DNA of 56,330 nucleotides, filler included, from Squatina squatina (Eukaryota), in assembly GCA_031763465.1 (NCBI GenBank). It is 4 parts of 4 records of this genome, joined end to end, with 100 filler letters (N's around TTAATTAATTAA, not from the genome) between each part and the next. Parts side by side here need not be neighbours in the genome. Positions count along the whole stretch, not along the records: positions 42,604 to 56,330 come from JARFOE010000189.1; 3 more parts are not named here. One strand, given 5' to 3'. Under the pieces are notes generated by a model. It saw only the letters and a list, made by a program, of their open reading frames with translations, searched no databases and was not told where the DNA came from. Position 1 is the first letter of the stretch. Every line of letters starts with the position of its first letter. Shown here in pieces: positions 49,425-56,330 of the stretch. Made by a program: the position numbers and the translations under genes.

Positions 49425-49565
49425 AAATGCAAGTAGCAATAAAAGAAACTGCAAATGCTGGTAATCTGATAACAAAAGCAGAAAACACTGGAAATATATA
49501 GAAGGTCCATCAGCATCTGAATAAAGAAAAGACGATTAGTATTTCTGACTCTTCATCAGAGCTGC
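49425..49565 (-). mobile_element. Degraded Penelope-associated repeat with a hammerhead-like core
   Basis: Plus strand AAAGCAGAAAACACTGGAAATA...CAGCATCTG...; minus strand CTCTGATGAAGAGTCAGAAA. Confidence 0.45.
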
Positions 49566-50654
49566 AAGCTGGAGAATAAGGGACAGCTCTTTACTAATGA
49601 AGTGCAGAGGATAGGAGAGAACAGGTTGAAGTCAAGAGTCTGAAAGAACTATCATCACAAAGCTGCAGTTTAATAGTTCAGCCACTTCTTGTTTGAAAAC
49701 ATGGAAAGGGGTGAATAAATACAGGATTATGTACATGAAAGTAGAGCCTTATTTGTACTGAGAATTCCAATACAAAGGTGCCACAATGCAAAACATTTTT
49801 AGGAGATAAAAATAGTGAAATTATTTTTGGACCAGAATCTAATGTTATTTGGATGTCCCACAGTAAAAGAAAGACTTAGATTTATATTGCATCTTATTAT
49901 TACTTCTCTGAAATGTCCTGAATTGCTTTGAAGCACAATGATTGTTAAGCAGGCTCAAATGTTTTGCACAGGTGCAACATCCCAGAAACAGCAAATAGAA
50001 GAATGATCCGTTAGTCTATTTTTATACGGTTTTGCTTGAGGGTGGACTGTTGACCATTCTTCCTCGAATAATGCCANNNNNNNNNNNNNNNNNNNNNNNN
50101 NNNNNNNNNNNNNNNNNNNNNNNNNNNNNNNNNNNNNNNNNNNNNNNNNNNNNNNNNNNNNNNNNNNNNNNNNNNNCACATTAAGCTGGCAGATCAACTG
50201 CTTCTCTTATTTTTTTGTAATGTGGAAATCCTATTAACTGAAACCAATTATTCCACACCCATAACAGCTCGGTTAAAGAACTGAAGAAAGATTTCACTCA
50301 ATCTAGCCCATTAAATATTAAATTATGCACTTAGCTTTCCTAATGAAATAAGCTTTGCTTGGTATCCTTAATGAAATAACAACTTTAATGCACTTCTAAT
50401 TGCTTTTCCAGAAAAAATGCAATTAAAATACAGAAAATGACTTCAAACAAAAAAAGAAACAATTAAAATGGCTGTGGAATAATTGGCTTCTCACTGCCAA
50501 TAACTTTCTAAGCTTTTTTTCAATACATATTGGTCCAGCTACAGAGGCAGAATGAACATGTTCGGAGTTTTTTTCTACTCTCCACAGGCTGTGATTCCAA
50601 AATGCAATCTTAATGTATAACAAATGCAGAATATATAACTGCTGCCAATTAACC

Positions 50655-50836
50655 AACAACAACGTGTATTTATATGGCCCCTTTAACACAGTAAAATGTC
50701 CTGAGGCACTTCGCAGGAGCGTTATCAAACACAATTTGACACTGAGCCACATAAGGAGCCACATTAGGACAGGTGACCAAAAGTTAGGTTTTAAGGAGCA
50801 TCTTAAAAGGAGGAAGGAGAGGCGGAGCGATTTAAG
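50655..50836 (-). mobile_element. LINE (L2/CR1-type) 3' tail
   Basis: Same family as 20945 and 46682. Confidence 0.75.
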
Positions 50837-51391
50837 NNNNNNNNNNNNNNNNNNNNNNNNNNNNNNNNNNNNNNNNNNNNNNNNNNNNNNNNNNNNNNNN
50901 NNNNNNNNNNNNNNNNNNNNNNNNNNNNNNNNNNNNCCCACAATGAATGAATGTCTTGTTAAAAGTATTGATTGGAGGAGTTTCACCCTCACTAGTTTTT
51001 TAATCAACCAGTGCTTTATTTGACTTGAGCTTACCGACCAGCTGTGTATTTCCAGCATTTGCTGTTTTCCTAATATTGTACGGTTATTTACCTTCTTTAT
51101 GCAGACACTGGTCACCTAAAAGGGAACAAATGGCAGCATTCTGATCTACCAAAAATGCAACAAAAATACATAAATGACAACAGCAATAAAATTACAATGA
51201 ACAGAATAAAAAGCTGAAAGCATTGAAAATGTGAATTAAAAACCTCAAACAACTAAAAGGCAGAATAATGTTTTGGGTTTGGGCCCTTTGCGAATTTGGA
51301 GGAAGGCTCACACTTGAAATGTGGACTTGCCTTTTCTCTTTATAGAAGCTGTTTTCTGGGTTTTATTTTGTAATATTGTATAGTTACTTAC

Positions 51392-51757
51392 CTTCCTCAA
51401 TATCCAGAAAAATATCTTTCTGGAGACTCCTCTTCTTCACCATCCCTTTATAACTCCATATAATCTCGCATCGATAATAGGTGCTATCTTCATTTACCAA
51501 ATCACTGATCAGTAAGGACATGTTGGCCTGGAATGATGGATTCATTCTGACACGGCTCACGTACTGCTTTGCTGTTATGTTAAGTTGAACACCATTAGTA
51601 TAAACCAGTGTCTCCTTCGGCAGGTACTTATGCCAGCTAATGTTGATTATCTGGAATAAGTTTTCATTGAAGCCACTCAGTTCGCATGGGAGCAGGGCAG
51701 ACCTTCCTTTCACACCTTTTGTCTCCGTGACGCTATCTAACTTCAAGCGACAGCCAC
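51392..51757 (-). CDS. Immunoglobulin V-set domain exon (phase 1-1, 366 bp) of an unidentified IgSF gene
   Basis: ttctctacacag|GTGGCTG...GAGGAAG|gtaagt; B-strand GRSALLPC, C-strand ISWHK, YVSRV, MSLLISDL, F-strand EDSTYYRC. Confidence 0.85.
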
Positions 51758-53867
51758 CTGTGTAGAGAACGGATAAAAACAGAACGTAATATCTTCAGTT
51801 AACCAAAATCTCTTGACTCTTTGCTGTACCAAGCAATGTTTACAGCTTTCAAGATCAGCAGCTGTGCCTTGTAACTTTGGCAAAGTGACTTGCCAGAGAT
51901 TAACGGGTCAGTTTTCGGAGTCTGTGATTCTTGTTGGCTGGAGCTTCGCCCGATGGTTGTGCGTATCAGGAAACGGCGGGGACCCCGTGCCGCTGCAACA
52001 ATGCTCGGGAGGCTCGGCACTATCTGGGACAAAGCAGCCCACAGGCTATCCACCACCGCCCAAACCCACGACCTCCACCAACTAGAAGGACAAGGGCAGN
52101 NNNNNNNNNNNNNNNNNNNNNNNNNNNNNNNNNNNNNNNNNNNNNNNNNNNNNNNNNNNNNNNNNNNNNNNNNNNNNNNNNNNNNNNNNNNNNNNNNNNA
52201 GCCTATTCATGGGCCTATTCTCTCAACATATCTCAATTGATTAATTTATTTGATCTATTTTCCTTCAATCTATCCTCTTAATTCCTGTGAATATTTGTGT
52301 TTCATCAGCAAACAAAAAATCCTTTCTTCAGTCCTTTTAGAAGCATAAGTAAAAGTTAATGAGGAGAAAAGGACATGAGGTCATCAAGCTCATTTATCTA
52401 GTAATGCAACTCATCCACCTAACATCCAATTGCATTTGGAACCTGCTAGGTTATTTGAAACCTTTATTTCCTTTTTTATATAAAGACATCTATGATCTGT
52501 TTTAAATTAAACTTTTATGAATTTAGATGTATGTCCTCTAGCCTTATGCACTTTGCGGTTATATTCTGGATTCACCTTATCTGCAGCATTGAATATTTTA
52601 TATACTTCATTGAGGTCCCCACTTAACCTTCTCTTGAGACTAAACAGTTTAAGCATCTCTTTTCTTTGTAACTCATCTCCTTGCAAATTCAGATAATTTC
52701 TGTTGCTGTTTTGTGTAATCTCACCAATGCAGCTATGTCCCTTTTTGAAGTATTGTGACCAAACCTGCAGACAGTGCTCCCAAGGGTGGTCTAACTTGTG
52801 CTTTCCAAAGCCTCAGCATAACCTGTGTACATTTATACTGCCTAGTTTTGGCTATGTGCCCTAATGTTCTATTTTCCTTTTAATTGTGTCTCCACATTTT
52901 CAGCATTGAAAAATAATGCATCTTCTGCTGTTGGAGGGTCCTTTTCAGGTCCTTGATCAATAAGATAAGTCACAAACTGAAGTTAAGGAACTAAAGCTCA
53001 AAACATGCACCATCCTTTCTTTCCTGTACTACAAACCTGTCTTCCCCTGCTGTGACAATATAAAAGCTTCTTCTATGGATTGCAGGGGAGGCAAGCTGGT
53101 TGACGTAAAGATGCAGAAACTGCAACCTGTCAACTTTCTGACCTTGTACTTAATGCCAGTGTTGATTTTATCATAGCTGGTGACTAGATGGCCTCAGCCT
53201 AGATTATAGGGCATGGCAGGTATGTTACTTGCTCCTTGCCATACTTCCTTATCTTATGTTTGTGATTGTTGACTTTTACTGCAGTGCAATTTAAAAAAAA
53301 TCTAACTGTGATCCTCCTGGAAATCTTAACAGAGCTATAAATGTAGCCCTAAGTTAGATAGCTTGGAGATTTAGGAGCCGAAATTGATGGTTGTTGTATG
53401 CCTGGGTCGCGTCCGCTGGAGGTGCTCCCAGGCCGTAGAGGCCTTTTTTCAGCTGCTGGCGCTGTTTGTATCTCCCGAGACATTCATGGGCTGTTTTGCG
53501 GAGACGCCCAGAGGACGTGCCTCCGCGGGCCAGCGCGGTGAGAATATCCGTGGTGCACGGTTATAATCATCACCGTGCGCGCCGCCCCATGAGCACCCCG
53601 GTAAGATTTTCATGNNNNNNNNNNNNNNNNNNNNNNNNNNNNNNNNNNNNNNNNNNNNNNNNNNNNNNNNNNNNNNNNNNNNNNNNNNNNNNNNNNNNNN
53701 NNNNNNNNNNNNNNTTGTGGCAGCAGTTATTATATTAACAATGTAGACTGAATTACTATGTGATTTGTAAAGGCAATTCTTCAGCCATAAATAGGCATGT
53801 TTTCCTCAGAGCTCTAATGTATGTTCCTTTCGATGCCCATCACCCGACACCAATTTTTTGACTGTAG

Positions 53868-54062
53868 CTTCAGCATGACATACAGATGCGACAGAATGAG
53901 ATTTCCCGGGAGATTCGGCGGAAGGAGAAGCTGATGAAAGAACTAACGCGCTTGAAGGCAGAACTGGATGATAGTCAAACCGAGATCAAGTCGATGGTCA
54001 TACAACAGACGAAGGCCAAGGAGGACCATCAGAAACTGGACCAGCAGCTCAAGGAACAAAAG
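53868..54062 (+). CDS. CFAP58: Cilia- and flagella-associated protein 58 exon, 195 bp
   Basis: actgtag|CTT...CAAAAG|gtaacc; LQHDIQMRQNEISREIRRKEKLMKEL...QKLDQQLKEQK versus recalled QRQNEASREFRKKEKLEKEL...QKLEQQLKEQK. Confidence 0.87.
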
Positions 54063-55384
54063 GTAACCCAGACATATTCTCCCAGCTTTACCTTGACCTT
54101 TGAACTAACTAACCAGAAATATAGGGGACATGAATTGGGGATATTGGTTTTGATTGTGCTTTTGGCATAGGCGCAGTGTCTTCATGGGCAGAGAGCCAAC
54201 ACTAGCAGTGCAGTACAATAGGCAAATGCAGTTTGGTGCCCTGTTCATCAAACCATCTGGAAAGGATAGTCTCACATCAGTAATTGTGGGTGTTTGCTGT
54301 ACTGTAAACACAGCTGGTGCAAAACCTTGCCAAAAAGGTAAGCTTTTGAAGTTCAAAAATAATCCCTGTGGCCTGGTGTGCCACTATTTACATATTAATG
54401 ATTGAGAAGAGCTGCATTTTCAGTGGTCCACAAACTGCACTGGCATGGGAGATTGGTGACCAGTAATTCATTCAGGATCTTGATTACACATAAATAGAGC
54501 TGTGCTTTCCCCAACTTTTCAACGGTGCAAGGAGGAAATAAAAATATAGCTCCTTGGTTACATAATGGTGCAGTTTTCTCTTCTCTTTTCTCCTCCCTCT
54601 CCTTTTCCTTTCCTTCTCCTCTGTCTCTCTTCTGANNNNNNNNNNNNNNNNNNNNNNNNNNNNNNNNNNNNNNNNNNNNNNNNNNNNNNNNNNNNNNNNN
54701 NNNNNNNNNNNNNNNNNNNNNNNNNNNNNNNNNNNAAGCGTTGGATCTGTCAAGACAAATTGACAAATGGCAAGTACCGGATCTGCGGGCATGCGCAGAG
54801 CAGCCACAGATTTGGCACTTGCGAGGTCTCCCCGGGTGCGTGGGAAGATCGTATCCACCCGGGGGAATTGCAATTTCAGGGCCAATAATTAAAAATGAGA
54901 TTAAAACCTCTCCAAAATCCATTAAATAACATAAGGGGTTTGAGAGGGTTAACTAGGGAGAGCACATGACCTTTCATCTCTCAGAGCTGAAATCAAGCCT
55001 GGACTGATGGGATGAAATGATCTCCTTTCTTTGAGCTGTTGAGTGTCCTTAGTGAAACGTGTTTGGTCAGTCTCTGTACTAAGTGTACACAAAGCAAGGT
55101 TTCCCTCAATTCCGCTCTAATTGGCACAGGGGTTTCAGCCACACTCAGATGTAATGATGATTGGTATGGGAGTTGGAACTATCAGCCTGGCCTGGTAAAA
55201 AGCATCTTTTCAGAGCGTGGGGACATGTCACATTGTTGTAACGGGAATAATAAAAGGAGCCTTATCCTGCACATAACATAATCTGATGAGAGTGCTTAAT
55301 GGCTGGGCTAAGTGCAAAAAGTGGCAGAAGAGTTCTATGATCAAATTATGGGTCTCTAAGTGTCAAGAAATATTTCTTTTGCAG

Positions 55385-55546
55385 GTTCTTCAGTATATGG
55401 AAGACATTAAGGTGTATGAGATGCAGAATTTTGACTTCAAGAAGAAAATCTCAGAGACTGAGAGTAAGCTGAAACAGCAACAGAACCTTTATGAGGCTGT
55501 GCGATGTGACAGAAACCTTTACAGTAAGAACTTGATAGAAGCTCAG
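55385..55546 (+). CDS. CFAP58: CFAP58 exon, 162 bp
   Basis: ttttgcag|GTT...GCTCAG|gtatgg; MEDIKV..KLKQQQNLYEAVRCDRNLYSKNLIEAQ. Confidence 0.92.
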
Positions 55547-56043
55547 GTATGGACACCCCTCCTTGCAATCTAACGTTTTAATGTATTTTCTTTGTATAAA
55601 AATGATGTTTTATTTGTTCTTGGTAAGTGGGCAACCCTGGCAAGGCCCTATGTAATACCCATCCCAAGTTGCCATGAGAAGGTGAATGTTTGACTTTCTC
55701 CTCAAACCACTGCAGTCTTTGTGGTNNNNNNNNNNNNNNNNNNNNNNNNNNNNNNNNNNNNNNNNNNNNNNNNNNNNNNNNNNNNNNNNNNNNNNNNNNN
55801 NNNNNNNNNNNNNNNNNNNNNNNNNACATCAATTACTATTCTATCATTGGGCAGAACTGTATCCCAAGTCATTACTGTACTCCTGATGTATAATTATATT
55901 ATGGGGACATGTTGTAAAACTTCTGTTCCACTGGACTGCATTCAAGATCTGTGAATTTTCAAACTATTGATTATTCTACTTCCTGGTGTAGCACGCGATT
56001 CCAGCTATTTCAAAGCGTTCGTGTCGTTCTTTCCTAACCGCAG

Positions 56044-56184
56044 ATTGAACTGCAGAAGATGAGACAACAGGCCCAGGACACCAGGATTTTCATTGAAAAT
56101 CAGGAGACAGAGGAAAGAAAGCTGCTGAGGATTATTGATGAGGCTGACACAGAGAGGATTCGACAAAAGAAAGAGCTAGACCAG
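56044..56184 (+). CDS. CFAP58: CFAP58 exon, 141 bp; absent from the ORF track
   Basis: ccgcag|ATT...GACCAG|gtatgc; IELQKMRQQAQDTRIFIENQETEERKLLRIIDEADTERIRQKKELDQ. Confidence 0.9.
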
Positions 56185-56330
56185 GTATGCCACATTGGAT
56201 TACAAGATGATTAAGTCACTCCACGCTAAAATGAATTCATGTGTGCTGCAATTTGAGAGACTCAAAAATGTAATTAAGTGCTATATAAATGCAAGTATTT
56301 ACTTAAGTGTTGTGGTTGCCTAAATGGCAG

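Noticed and set aside
51392-51757. Rearranging Ig, TCR or IgNAR V segment
   Set aside because: No CACAGTG heptamer or nonamer RSS; the domain includes the G strand and ends at a splice donor.

Overview
This is eukaryotic (vertebrate) genomic DNA, most likely from a shark or other cartilaginous fish. That inference rests on the repeat complement: Deu-domain tRNA SINEs, CR1/L2-type LINE tails, Penelope-like and Tx1-like fragments. The window is not contiguous. Four blocks (1-16764, 16865-29504, 29605-42503, 42604-56330) are joined by artificial 44N-TTAATTAATTAA-44N linkers, and each block consists of roughly 0.5-3 kb contigs separated mostly by 100-N gaps. Block 1 is AT-rich, with promoter-like fragments and no recognisable protein. 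Block 2 holds an intronless ~2 kb MROH1-like (maestro HEAT-repeat) coding region, a COQ8B-like terminal exon and the 5' end of a Tx1-like LINE. Block 3 is GC- and satellite-rich, with single exons of SYN1, SCML2/SCMH1, FBXL5, PIM2 and OTUD5. Block 4 has the PDZD7 first coding exon, a complete TIR/TSD-bounded MITE, an orphan Ig V-set exon and three CFAP58 exons. All gene names come from my recollection of vertebrate protein sequences plus GT-AG splice sites; no searches were run. I found no CRISPR or other prokaryotic system. The best candidates for something undescribed are the intronless MROH1-like retrogene, the orphan V-set immunoreceptor exon and the internally symmetric Harbinger-like MITE.
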